From IMG/VR virus record IMGVR_UViG_3300008259_005066, positions 62,001 through 126,000 of that record: a DNA stretch of 64,000 bases; one strand, given 5' to 3'. Positions within the stretch are counted from its first letter, which is position 1, and every line of letters begins with the position of its first letter. Below, in pieces: positions 19,258 through 27,557 of this stretch. Position numbers and translations under genes: made by a program. The notes beneath the pieces are model-generated. The model was not told the origin of the DNA and searched no databases. It saw only the letters and a program-made list of their open reading frames with translations.

Positions 19258-19859
19258 GCGCCCTTCTCCTTCTTCTTGTAGAATCTGTGTGCTCCAAACT
19301 TGCCCACGTATTGCATGTTGGGCCAACCCGGATTTACATAGTCAGCATGGAAATACAGGGCCTCCTTGAGGCTGGGCAGTCGGAATCCCTCTAATAGGAC
19401 CTTCTTGGCCACTTCCATGCTCTCATCCCATAGTGCAGGGTGTATGGGTCGGACCTTGTGATGTGGTTCACAGTACCAAGAGAATTGGCATACGACCTTT
19501 TCGTATACCACGTTCTTTTGATAAACCACTCCACAGACGTCCTTGCCAAAACGACCGTCTTCTACGCGATTGATAGTGACTTGGGCCACACCCACTTTGC
19601 CTTCAAAAGGCTCAGAGGCGGCTTCCCAATAGATATTGCGGGCCAAGCATTCTAGTTGCTTGGAGCGATCCGCTGTGGACACGAAGCCTTGGCGCCATGA
19701 GGCCGCTTCGTTGTCAGATGCAAGAGCATCCAGACGCAAATTGGTGACTGTGATCAAGATCGATGCTACGATCATTAGGCCGATCACACGGGGCAGACTT
19801 ACAAAAAGTTTGGCCATGTCAACTTGGTGCGTTCTTGACTTTGATGTTGTCTCTGTCAT
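19254..19859 (-). CDS. SleB/Hydrolase_2 cell-wall hydrolase
   Basis: CLARNIYWEA..E..GK..VAQVTINRV, CQFSW, ALYFHA; N-terminal TM. Confidence 0.92.
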   Translation of the reverse strand: MTETTSKSRTHQVDMAKLFVSLPRVIGLMIVASILITVTNLRLDALASDNEAASWRQGFVSTADRSKQLECLARNIYWEAASEPFEGKVGVAQVTINRVEDGRFGKDVCGVVYQKNVVYEKVVCQFSWYCEPHHKVRPIHPALWDESMEVAKKVLLEGFRLPSLKEALYFHADYVNPGWPNMQYVGKFGAHRFYKKKEKGA

Positions 19860-19989
19860 AACTTCCTCCTTGTTTACAGGTTTCGAACCGTAGTAATATG
19901 TAAATCCAATATTACCACAGATATCGGCGTATATTACAAAATGGGCTATATTTAACCAACCGGCCCTGAATTTGTCTCATACAAGGTTT

Positions 19990-20018
19990 ATTTTATGGTA
20001 TTTTTTGGTGGTTGTCAA
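19990..20018 (-). promoter_or_regulatory. sigma70 promoter upstream of the cell-wall hydrolase
   Basis: TTGACA-N17-TAAAAT. Confidence 0.7.
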
Positions 20019-20035
20019 AAAAAGTTTCTTCAGAA

Positions 20036-20356
20036 TCAAAATCGCTGAGATTTTGGAAGAAAATTCCCATTTACGATGTCAGAGGATTCACCCACGCCCA
20101 AGATACAACCGGTGACGCGACCATACTGCACCAGAGTCCAGGCTCCGGTGGTTTCATTGAGAAAAAGACTGAATTGGCTGGTGTCTTGACTACTTTTTCC
20201 GATCCACAGTGGAAACTCTCGATACTTGTCTTTCATCAAAGTTTCCACTATCTCCCGGAATGGGCCGCAGGTCACTGGTTTGTCCCGCTCGGTCCACTCG
20301 CTCGCCATCGCTGAGATCGGTAGGATGGCGAGGATGAGGGCGATGATTTTTTTCAC
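20036..20356 (-). CDS. Secreted hypothetical protein
   Basis: Signal peptide MKKIIALILAILPISAMA; two Cys. Confidence 0.75.
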   Translation of the reverse strand: MKKIIALILAILPISAMASEWTERDKPVTCGPFREIVETLMKDKYREFPLWIGKSSQDTSQFSLFLNETTGAWTLVQYGRVTGCILGVGESSDIVNGNFLPKSQRF

Positions 20357-20897
20357 AGATCTCAGGGTGTGGATCCTGTGCTGGTCCCATCTTGCCCGAG
20401 GATGCTACAAATGGTGCAGGTGCTCCAAAACTGGGTGCTGTAGGTGCGGCACCGGGTGCGCCGAATCCGCCCATGGGCTTGTTAAAACTCATTGATGCTC
20501 CGCCAAAACTGGCAGATGCACTCAGGCCTCCCATGCCACTGGTGCCGCTGTTGCTGGGATTACCACTCACAGGAGTAGATCTCGTGGCCGCTTCCAGGGC
20601 TTTCATCTTGGCTTCTTTATCGTCTTTGCCGGCCAACATGATGCCCGACAGCGTACCGGTAAGGAACGTAGCAATGGGTATGATCAGTTCAAAAAACTTC
20701 TGATCTATGGGGCTCATAGCGTTGAGTGGCTGGGTGACGAATATGATTGAATACAGCACCACAAACACTATGCCTGTCAGTGTCAGCGCCAAGCAAACAC
20801 CTATGAAAAAACGCAGGCGGGCCATGAGCTGATCTTCGGTGTAGATAAATGGATCTTCTTGATCTTTTTCTTTGAAAAATTTAAAAATCATTTGCAA
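20190..20897 (-). CDS. Two-TM membrane protein; true stop probably near 20357
   Basis: Two TM helices and a G/A/P-rich tail; after HPEI the frame runs into the next gene. Confidence 0.65.
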   Translation of the reverse strand: MQMIFKFFKEKDQEDPFIYTEDQLMARLRFFIGVCLALTLTGIVFVVLYSIIFVTQPLNAMSPIDQKFFELIIPIATFLTGTLSGIMLAGKDDKEAKMKALEAATRSTPVSGNPSNSGTSGMGGLSASASFGGASMSFNKPMGGFGAPGAAPTAPSFGAPAPFVASSGKMGPAQDPHPEICEKNHRPHPRHPTDLSDGERVDRAGQTSDLRPIPGDSGNFDERQVSRVSTVDRKK

Positions 20898-21157
20898 TTC
20901 GCTCCTAGAGTTGTTTGGGGTGCCGATGCAGTCGTAGTTCCAGCACTGGGCGGGCCTAGACGTGGATCGCGGCCACCTTTGAATATGTGATCTGGGCAGG
21001 TCCTTGTGACATCACAAGCGGGTAACTTACACATGTCTTTGTCCCAGTTGGCAGGATCTTGGCAGGGATAGCGGAATCTATCACCGCCAAATATGGCCAG
21101 CATCAAGGGCATGAAAATCAGCAAGGCCAACCATTTGAACAGTTTACGATCGTTCAT
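20888..21157 (-). CDS. Small Cys-rich membrane-anchored protein
   Basis: SD AGGAG; TM followed by RYPCQDPANW..C..P.C....C. Confidence 0.7.
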   Translation of the reverse strand: MNDRKLFKWLALLIFMPLMLAIFGGDRFRYPCQDPANWDKDMCKLPACDVTRTCPDHIFKGGRDPRLGPPSAGTTTASAPQTTLGANCK

Positions 21158-21191
21158 TCGAGCTCCTAGTTTATTGTTTGCTGTATTTAAC

Positions 21192-21212
21192 AAAAAACCC
21201 GCCGAAGCGGGT
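21192..21212 (-). terminator. Rho-independent terminator with UUCG loop
   Basis: ACCCGC-TTCG-GCGGGT followed by a T run. Confidence 0.85.
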
Positions 21213-21219
21213 CGAGCGC

Positions 21220-21699
21220 TTATTTGCCTGCCAAGGGATTATCTAGGGCTTTTTTGATCTTGTCGTCTACTTCTCGTCGCAGTTCGCGCACATCTTTTTC
21301 AGTTTCGCGCTGGCTTTGTTTGCTACTGCGCTCTACTTGTTCTACCACATTTTCTAGCCTGCGGATATCTTGCTTGAGATCGTTCTTGATGTCTTGCGTA
21401 TACTGTGTGCCTTTTTCTGAACTCTGTTGCACCAGTTCCAGTTTCTTGTAAATTTCTGTTAGATCTGGCGTGACATACTCAGCGATCTTTTTCTTCATGC
21501 TCTGGTAGTCTTTGTATACTTCAAAAGCTCCATACAATCCGCCCAACACAGACGATACTATGGTGGCAGCCACCATGAGTTTAGCTGGCGTAAACTCATA
21601 ACCTCCAATGGAGATCACTGTGTCTTTGCTGGCGTATTTTTTCACCGCCGCATCCATGTCATCGATCTTTTTGTTTACGTCTTTGATTTCTTCTCCCAT
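21220..21699 (-). CDS. Membrane-anchored coiled-coil protein
   Basis: One TM, coiled coil, C-terminal LDNPL; SD AGGAG. Confidence 0.75.
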   Translation of the reverse strand: MGEEIKDVNKKIDDMDAAVKKYASKDTVISIGGYEFTPAKLMVAATIVSSVLGGLYGAFEVYKDYQSMKKKIAEYVTPDLTEIYKKLELVQQSSEKGTQYTQDIKNDLKQDIRRLENVVEQVERSSKQSQRETEKDVRELRREVDDKIKKALDNPLAGK

Positions 21700-21766
21700 T
21701 TCCTTCTCCTTTTATTGCACGCCTCGTTGGCGTTGTAATTTTTTAGCGACTTGATCAGACCTCTGT

Positions 21767-21883
21767 TCATTGAGATCTATTCTGTATCGTGCCTTGTTTT
21801 ATTGCTATGCTCTGATGCTCCAACCAGATGCCCAACAAACCCACTAGCACTGCTACCACGGCAAATAATTTGGCCACGATCAT
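21767..21883 (-). CDS. 38-aa membrane peptide (not in ORF track)
   Basis: MIVAKLFAVVAVLVGLLGIWLEH...; ATGA overlap. Confidence 0.35.
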   Translation of the reverse strand: MIVAKLFAVVAVLVGLLGIWLEHQSIAIKQGTIQNRSQ

Positions 21884-22323
21884 ACCTTATATAGTTTGAA
21901 AAAATATGTGAGCAAAGCAGCCACGCCCACGCAGTACCAGAACAGATCCTGCACCCGATGGCGATCTCTGTCAATAAACTTCATGTCTTGTGCATTCTGC
22001 GTCTGTATCTCCGTCTTGATCTTCTGCACTTGATTCCAAGCATCCTTGCCATGCTTCGCAGTCAAATCTGTTTTTAATTTTTTTACTAACTCTTCTCGTT
22101 GTAGTTCTTCTTCAAATTTACGTATGGCTGTGAGTTCTGCATTGATCAAGAGTTGTTCTTGTTGGCGCCGTTCCTGGACTCGCTTTTTCTGTTCATTCTG
22201 AACAGTTTTCTCCATGTCGCCTTGTATTTCGCCAACAAATTTACTGGTGTCATCTCCCAGTTTCTTGGCCTGTTTCAAGGCATTCAGGCCACCGGATAAA
22301 TCTTTGGGTATCTCCATGATCAT
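21880..22323 (-). CDS. Coiled-coil protein with C-terminal TM
   Basis: ORF coupled to neighbours; Q/E/K-rich helices. Confidence 0.7.
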   Translation of the reverse strand: MIMEIPKDLSGGLNALKQAKKLGDDTSKFVGEIQGDMEKTVQNEQKKRVQERRQQEQLLINAELTAIRKFEEELQREELVKKLKTDLTAKHGKDAWNQVQKIKTEIQTQNAQDMKFIDRDRHRVQDLFWYCVGVAALLTYFFKLYKV

Positions 22324-23861
22324 CTCGCATACTGTCTGTCGACCATGTCTGCATGGCGTCGGTCCGAAGCACCAGTGAGTCCCTGCAACAATCTGCGGTT
22401 ATCCACGTTCTGTTGTCCACGATAGATTTCTCTAGGTGCGTAAAATTGTGCATCTGGTAGGCGAGCCTGACCATAGGCTTCAAAGCCCGGCACAAAACTC
22501 ATGGTGGCCACTACATAAGATTGATTGGCCATCTGCTCATCCAAGGTCTTGGCCGAATCGGCTTCACGTATGGCTTCGCGACCACGTGCCACAGCATTTT
22601 CCATGGCAGCACGACGCTGGCGTTCGGCCAATTGTTTGCGTCGGTCGCTAGATTCTTCTTCGCGTTTCTTTTCTTCTTTCAGTGCGAGTTCACGCTCGGC
22701 CGCAGTGGCTTCTCGACCTTTTTTCTGCTGTTCTGACTCGGCAGAGGGTTTGGTCTGGATCTGTATGCTCAATGTGCCAGTAGGGCTGGCAGTGGTTTCA
22801 ACTTTCTTGGTAACCACAGTGTTGACTTGGCTGTCAGGTACAACTGCCACGCCGGTAGATACCGAGCCGTCAGTGGCTATGGTCAAGGTAGGTTCTGTGG
22901 TAGATACAGTTCCAGTCAATGATACCGAGCTGGTGGTCGTAGATGTGGTTGTCGTGGTCGTTGATGCGGCCTGTGTGTTTTGTTGCGTGACGTAGGCTGT
23001 GTTGTAACCAGGACAGGAACGATCATACAAGGGATTGGCCGTGCATTGTTGCGTAAAATAGGCCTGTTGATAGCCCGGACATGAAGGATCATACAAGGCA
23101 GAGATGCTACATTGTTGTGTGAGAAATGCCTGGGCATATCCCGGACAAGAAGCACTGAAAAGAGGATTGGCGCTACACATCGCAGTCTGGTAGCCAGGGC
23201 AAGTGGGATCACTGATGGGATTGATCGCACACTGGTCCGCATCATACAACAGTCTCACATCAGTGTTGCGCACACGCGGACCATAAAGACCCATCCAGAA
23301 AAGACTGTCCTTGCCAGTCCAGGTAACGTCGAGACTGGTTACCTGTCCGGTAGTATAGCCGCCGCTCTGAGAAAACAATTTGCGTCCTGAATCCAGCAAC
23401 CATGAGGATGCTGGTGTGATACCTTGCGGATAGTTGTAAGTATATGATTCCAAGGCCTTACCATTGTTGCCATTTAGCGAGATAGTGCTGAACAGAGTCC
23501 CTCCATACTGTCCCGGAGAATTTTGTATCTCCCAAGAATAGTCATAGCCCACCCATTTGATGCCGGTGCCGGCCAAAGCCGAGTTGATGGCAATGCTCTG
23601 TGCCACTGTGCCCATGATATAACTGAATCTAATGGTGTTGGTGTCACTGTTGTAGTAAGGACTGCCTGGCACATACACACCACCACCTTCCACAGCAGTG
23701 ATACCTGCTGTGTTCAGGACCTGGGCACTAGGTATACCCCAGGCTGTGCCCGCAGGATTGATCAGATTAGATGTAGCTGTTTGTGCCCGTGCCGGCTGGT
23801 GCAACCATAGCGCAAACGTGGCCACTGACCAGAAGATCCAGAACCGCAACCAGATGTTCAT
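22320..23861 (-). CDS. Secreted protein with Cys repeats, Thr-rich linker and coiled coil
   Basis: Signal peptide; four C-x9-CPGY repeats; poly-Thr. Confidence 0.8.
   Translation of the reverse strand: MNIWLRFWIFWSVATFALWLHQPARAQTATSNLINPAGTAWGIPSAQVLNTAGITAVEGGGVYVPGSPYYNSDTNTIRFSYIMGTVAQSIAINSALAGTGIKWVGYDYSWEIQNSPGQYGGTLFSTISLNGNNGKALESYTYNYPQGITPASSWLLDSGRKLFSQSGGYTTGQVTSLDVTWTGKDSLFWMGLYGPRVRNTDVRLLYDADQCAINPISDPTCPGYQTAMCSANPLFSASCPGYAQAFLTQQCSISALYDPSCPGYQQAYFTQQCTANPLYDRSCPGYNTAYVTQQNTQAASTTTTTTSTTTSSVSLTGTVSTTEPTLTIATDGSVSTGVAVVPDSQVNTVVTKKVETTASPTGTLSIQIQTKPSAESEQQKKGREATAAERELALKEEKKREEESSDRRKQLAERQRRAAMENAVARGREAIREADSAKTLDEQMANQSYVVATMSFVPGFEAYGQARLPDAQFYAPREIYRGQQNVDNRRLLQGLTGASDRRHADMVDRQYAR
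23004..23231 (-). repeat. Four tandem C..NP....CPGY coding repeats
   Basis: CAINPISDPTCPGY / CSANPLFSASCPGY / CSISALYDPSCPGY / CTANPLYDRSCPGY. Confidence 0.9.
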
Positions 23862-24479
23862 TTATTTGCAACCCATTCTTTCTTTGATTGTAGGGTCGTT
23901 ACCGGCGTAATCTTTACAGGCAAAATCGTCTCGGCGTGGAGATTTTTCTGCGGGCTTGCTCAAGTCAATCACGGGCGGCTTGGTAGCATAATGCCCCACG
24001 TTTTCTTTCTTGGTAGAATCTAGCACACCTCTACGTTCCCACTCAGCACGAGCATCGGCGCCAATTTTACCTTCTACTGGGCAGGGTGTGCCAGCGGCCA
24101 TCATGGCAGTAAATATACGTTCATCTTGACACAGCGTGGCCACTGCGGCGACCTTCATGCCCATGTCATATAAATTCTTTGACAGTTTGATGCGTTCGCA
24201 GTTCATGTCACGCATGGTTCCCCCCATGGAGATACCCAGGATCTGAGTCTGCACAGCACCTGACGCGGCCACGGCACACACATCATTGTTGATGGTGGTC
24301 ACAGCGGGTGCCACTGCCGTTGGTGGCGGACTTTTGATAGTGGTTGTAGAACTGGAATTGGTAGTCGACGTAGACCTGCTGGTGGAATCTGTGATGATTG
24401 GATCGGTCTGTGCAACTACTGCGGTCATAGATAGTGATAAAACTACGCCCGCCCAGAGTTTTTTATAGTTATAAAACAT
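23862..24479 (-). CDS. Secreted Cys-containing protein
   Basis: Signal peptide; six Cys; SPPPTAVAP; first gene of a late operon. Confidence 0.8.
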   Translation of the reverse strand: MFYNYKKLWAGVVLSLSMTAVVAQTDPIITDSTSRSTSTTNSSSTTTIKSPPPTAVAPAVTTINNDVCAVAASGAVQTQILGISMGGTMRDMNCERIKLSKNLYDMGMKVAAVATLCQDERIFTAMMAAGTPCPVEGKIGADARAEWERRGVLDSTKKENVGHYATKPPVIDLSKPAEKSPRRDDFACKDYAGNDPTIKERMGCK

Positions 24480-24480
24480 C

Positions 24481-24530
24481 TTTTGTCTAGCTCCTTAGGC
24501 GACATAATATTTAACGGAGCCAAGACAAAA
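24481..24530 (-). promoter_or_regulatory. SD-sequestering hairpin with a late promoter in its loop
   Basis: TTTTGTCTTGGCTCC / GGAGCTAGACAAAA stem; TAAATA at 24508-24513. Confidence 0.7.
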
Positions 24531-24554
24531 AATAAGCGGTAGTTTTATTTGTTA

Positions 24555-24797
24555 CTAAGAGATTGGTATATTTTTTAGCAGATTGATGCAGTCGTTGAAC
24601 AGTATCTGTTGATCCAGTTCATCTGCTGACAGTTGGATGTTGTCAAGGCGTTGCAGATCTTCCATGAGTTCCTGGAATTCTGCTGAGTTGACATCACCTC
24701 GCGACAATGCATCACGATATTCCAAGGCTTTTTGCACTCGATATCCCAAGGCATTGTTTTGTCTGCAGAAATTTTCTACCACTTGTTGAATGTTCAT
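24555..24797 (-). CDS. Hypothetical protein
   Basis: 80-aa ORF, ATGA overlap. Confidence 0.65.
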   Translation of the reverse strand: MNIQQVVENFCRQNNALGYRVQKALEYRDALSRGDVNSAEFQELMEDLQRLDNIQLSADELDQQILFNDCINLLKNIPIS

Positions 24798-25186
24798 GCT
24801 CGAGGTCTCCTTCCACTCACTGACAACATCTTGCGAGCGGCTTCGTTTATGTTTTTAATTTTGGCACTACAGAAAAATTTACTAGGTGGTCGGTCTCCAC
24901 GATAGCGTTGATCAAAATCTCCCACTATTTCACTGAGATTACGATTCATCTCTTGTATCTTGGAATTGTCAGGCAAGCTGGCACTGTATGTGGTCAGCCA
25001 ATCTACTTTGTGGCGTATATCTCTGCTCACTGTTCTGATTTCTTCAGTGGCACATACTGCATCTGTCTTGGTCAGTTCGATGATGTCTACCAAACGGGCT
25101 TGCTCATTATAGTCAAAATAACTAGGGAATAAAGCACAAGCCGACAGTAAAAAAGCGACACTAACGGTCGCTACTAAATTTTTCAT
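24794..25186 (-). CDS. Lipoprotein
   Basis: MKNLVATVSVAFLLSAC lipobox. Confidence 0.75.
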   Translation of the reverse strand: MKNLVATVSVAFLLSACALFPSYFDYNEQARLVDIIELTKTDAVCATEEIRTVSRDIRHKVDWLTTYSASLPDNSKIQEMNRNLSEIVGDFDQRYRGDRPPSKFFCSAKIKNINEAARKMLSVSGRRPRA

Positions 25187-25535
25187 ATACGCCGTTCCAA
25201 TCCGGACCTGGGTCCTTGTGTTTATACTTAGCGATTCTCTGAGAAATTTCATCATAGAAGCTGTTCAGCGTGCCGCCCCAGCGTCCGTGTAGGTGTTCTA
25301 TGGCCTGTTCGCAGAAACCCCAATTCCGCTTGCGATAGTTTTCCATGAGTTTGGCATGGAGATTGATGATATTAGGCATGGTACCTATTTCTTCCAATCT
25401 CACTGCATCAGTGTCCAACACACAGAAACTGTCCAAAATCGGACCATTGGATTGTATCTGTATCTGATCCAGTTCCAACACCGTGTATTTGTCCTTCAAC
25501 CCCTCTGCTGTTTCTTTGCCAAATATTATGTGCAT
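25161..25535 (-). CDS. Stand-alone protein resembling the C-terminal tail of class III nucleotide cyclases
   Basis: LELDQI...YRKRNW...Y..I..RI.....P..DWNGV pattern; no catalytic core. Confidence 0.5.
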   Translation of the reverse strand: MHIIFGKETAEGLKDKYTVLELDQIQIQSNGPILDSFCVLDTDAVRLEEIGTMPNIINLHAKLMENYRKRNWGFCEQAIEHLHGRWGGTLNSFYDEISQRIAKYKHKDPGPDWNGVYEKFSSDR

Positions 25536-25559
25536 AAAAAATCCTTTTAAATATGTATC

Positions 25560-26351
25560 ATGCCAATAGCATTTGATTTAATTTCAGACCTCCATGTGGA
25601 AACTTGGGATCAACCATTTGATTGGGAAGGACAGGCCACTGCTACTCTTTGTGTGGTGGCCGGAGATGTGTCTCGAGACCGTGCCTTGGTCAAAGATGCT
25701 TTGGAAAAACTCAGCCAACGATATCGTGCAGTGATGTTCATAGATGGCAACGACGAGCATCGATGGACCTTGAACGATCTTGGGGACAGTTATCGCAGTC
25801 TAGTGGAAGAAATAAGCGACATACCCAATGTTACCTATCTCCAAGACAATGTAGTCATCGTTGATGGTGTAGCATTCCTGGGTACCAATGGTTGGTGGAG
25901 TTTCGATTTTGAACCTGGAGTGGACTATGATCAGACGCGGTTGTGGTTCCAAGACAGATACCAAGTTGATAGGACAGTTTCGGATGCCATAGAATCCATG
26001 AGCATGCAGGATTTCGCTTATCTGGCCAGATCAGTGCGTAGATTGCAGACGCATCAAGACGTGAAAAAAATAGTGTTGATCACCCATACTCCACCGCGTT
26101 TGGATCTCATACATCATGACATCGAGATAGCCGACAGCTATAGGATCAACTGTTCAGGCAACAGTTATATGACGCAGGTATTGGGCGAGGACACCGAGAG
26201 CAAGATCTCTACTTGGTGTTTTGGACACTACCACGGCGATGTTGATACCACCATACAAGGCATCAGATATGTCAACAACTGTAGAGGAAGAGGCAACACA
26301 CCTTGGTGCAAGCCTGTGTATTACCCTCGTAGGATTGAAATAAGTCTCTAG
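25560..26351 (+). CDS. Calcineurin-like metallophosphoesterase
   Basis: SDLH, AGD, GNDE, THTPP, FGHYH. Confidence 0.9.
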   Translation: MPIAFDLISDLHVETWDQPFDWEGQATATLCVVAGDVSRDRALVKDALEKLSQRYRAVMFIDGNDEHRWTLNDLGDSYRSLVEEISDIPNVTYLQDNVVIVDGVAFLGTNGWWSFDFEPGVDYDQTRLWFQDRYQVDRTVSDAIESMSMQDFAYLARSVRRLQTHQDVKKIVLITHTPPRLDLIHHDIEIADSYRINCSGNSYMTQVLGEDTESKISTWCFGHYHGDVDTTIQGIRYVNNCRGRGNTPWCKPVYYPRRIEISL

Positions 26352-26668
26352 GCCGAATCTGGCTCTAGTTTGACCTGTAAAGGATACCCGGCACCACGTG
26401 CCATCACAGTGACTTCGATGCCTTTTTGTTCGGCTATCTCATAGGGCAACACGGCCACCACTGCAGATCCTGCTTCATGGATGTCGAAAGTGATTTTTTC
26501 TGCTGTTGAGGGGCTGTAATCAAAATGTTCTACCAGGCTTTCAATCACGAATTCCATGGCAGTTTTATTGTCATTGATGTAGATAACTTTGAACATGGGA
26601 GGTTCTTTGAGCACCTCTCTGGGCCTGACGGTTGTTTTAGTTTTGGGTTGTGTAGCAGTTTCTGACAT
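26348..26668 (-). CDS. clpS: Clp protease adaptor
   Basis: PPMFKVIYINDNKTAMEFVIESL, IHEAGSAVV, EIAEQK, YPL. Confidence 0.93.
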   Translation of the reverse strand: MSETATQPKTKTTVRPREVLKEPPMFKVIYINDNKTAMEFVIESLVEHFDYSPSTAEKITFDIHEAGSAVVAVLPYEIAEQKGIEVTVMARGAGYPLQVKLEPDSA

Positions 26669-26727
26669 GTCGTTCCCTTTGTCCTCAGTAGAGGGCGGGT
26701 GCCCTCCACTGTATTTACGCTATTATA

Positions 26728-27165
26728 TTATTTTGCGTATGAGATTGCAATACGCTTTGGCTTCATTTCTTCGGGCACGATGCGCTGTAGATGCACGTTC
26801 AAGATGCCGTCTTTCATCACAGCATCGCGAACCTCTACATAATCAGCCAGTTGGAATGTGCGCAGGAACTTGCGAGCCGAGATACCGCGATGTAGATAGT
26901 TCAATTCTGAGTCATCGGTGTTCTTTTCACCGGTGATCACCAACTGTCCTTCATGGAAATCTACATTCACTTCACCTTCGGCAAACCCAGCCACTGCCAC
27001 CTGGATTTCATAGGTGTCTTCTCCTGTTTTCAGGATGTTGTAAGGCGGGTAGTTCTGGCTTTGCGCGGCATGGTCAAACTGATCCATGATACGGTCGAAC
27101 AAGCGGTCGACGCCAATGGTATTACGATAGAAGGGGGTGAGATCAAAAGATGTGATTTTAGTCAT
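26728..27165 (-). CDS. Small heat-shock protein (Hsp20/IbpA family)
   Basis: NYPPYNI, AVAGF, YLHRGIS.R.F, DGIL, IAI C-terminal motif. Confidence 0.96.
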   Translation of the reverse strand: MTKITSFDLTPFYRNTIGVDRLFDRIMDQFDHAAQSQNYPPYNILKTGEDTYEIQVAVAGFAEGEVNVDFHEGQLVITGEKNTDDSELNYLHRGISARKFLRTFQLADYVEVRDAVMKDGILNVHLQRIVPEEMKPKRIAISYAK

Positions 27166-27221
27166 AACATTCTCCTTTTTTAAGCAAGTTGACTATGTAG
27201 GCCCGACCATCGGCACCTACA
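27166..27221 (-). promoter_or_regulatory. ROSE-like RNA thermometer in the hsp20 5' UTR
   Basis: CUU(G)CUU-AAAA-AAGGAG hairpin; upstream UGUAGGU(G)CCGA...UCGGGCCUACA hairpin. Confidence 0.75.
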
Positions 27222-27225
27222 AATA

Positions 27226-27256
27226 TATTTATACAGGATTTTTTGAGAGTTGTCAA
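27226..27256 (-). promoter_or_regulatory. Superimposed sigma70 and T4-type late promoter for hsp20
   Basis: TTGACA-N17-TATAAA, where the -10 is part of TATAAATA. Confidence 0.75.
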
Positions 27257-27504
27257 TATCGCTCGCCGGCCACATTAACCAATTCATATTCCAACCAGCG
27301 CCGGAACTGTTCTGGTGGGTTCCATGTCATGGCCCACATGGTATAGGTTTCGTCGTGATCAAAAGCCACACGATGTTCGTATTTTATGGTTTTTTGCGTG
27401 TATCTCACACCATATTGTTCAGCCCAACTTTGCACCTGCTGTTTGATGAATTCCAGGGTGCGGTGATAGTCGCCGTGTTGTGGCAACCGGAACCGGATAT
27501 ACAT
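27253..27504 (-). CDS. Hypothetical protein
   Basis: 83-aa ORF. Confidence 0.65.
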   Translation of the reverse strand: MYIRFRLPQHGDYHRTLEFIKQQVQSWAEQYGVRYTQKTIKYEHRVAFDHDETYTMWAMTWNPPEQFRRWLEYELVNVAGERY

Positions 27505-27556
27505 TAGAACTGGCCTTTTCTACATTGCCATCCGGAACGATCACTGTTTTACCCAA
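27504..27556 (-). pseudogene. rpsU: Internally deleted ribosomal protein bS21 remnant
   Basis: SD AAGGAGG, TTG-GKTVIVPDGNVEKA joined directly to CAG TTC TAA in another frame. Confidence 0.55.
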
Positions 27557-27557
27557 A

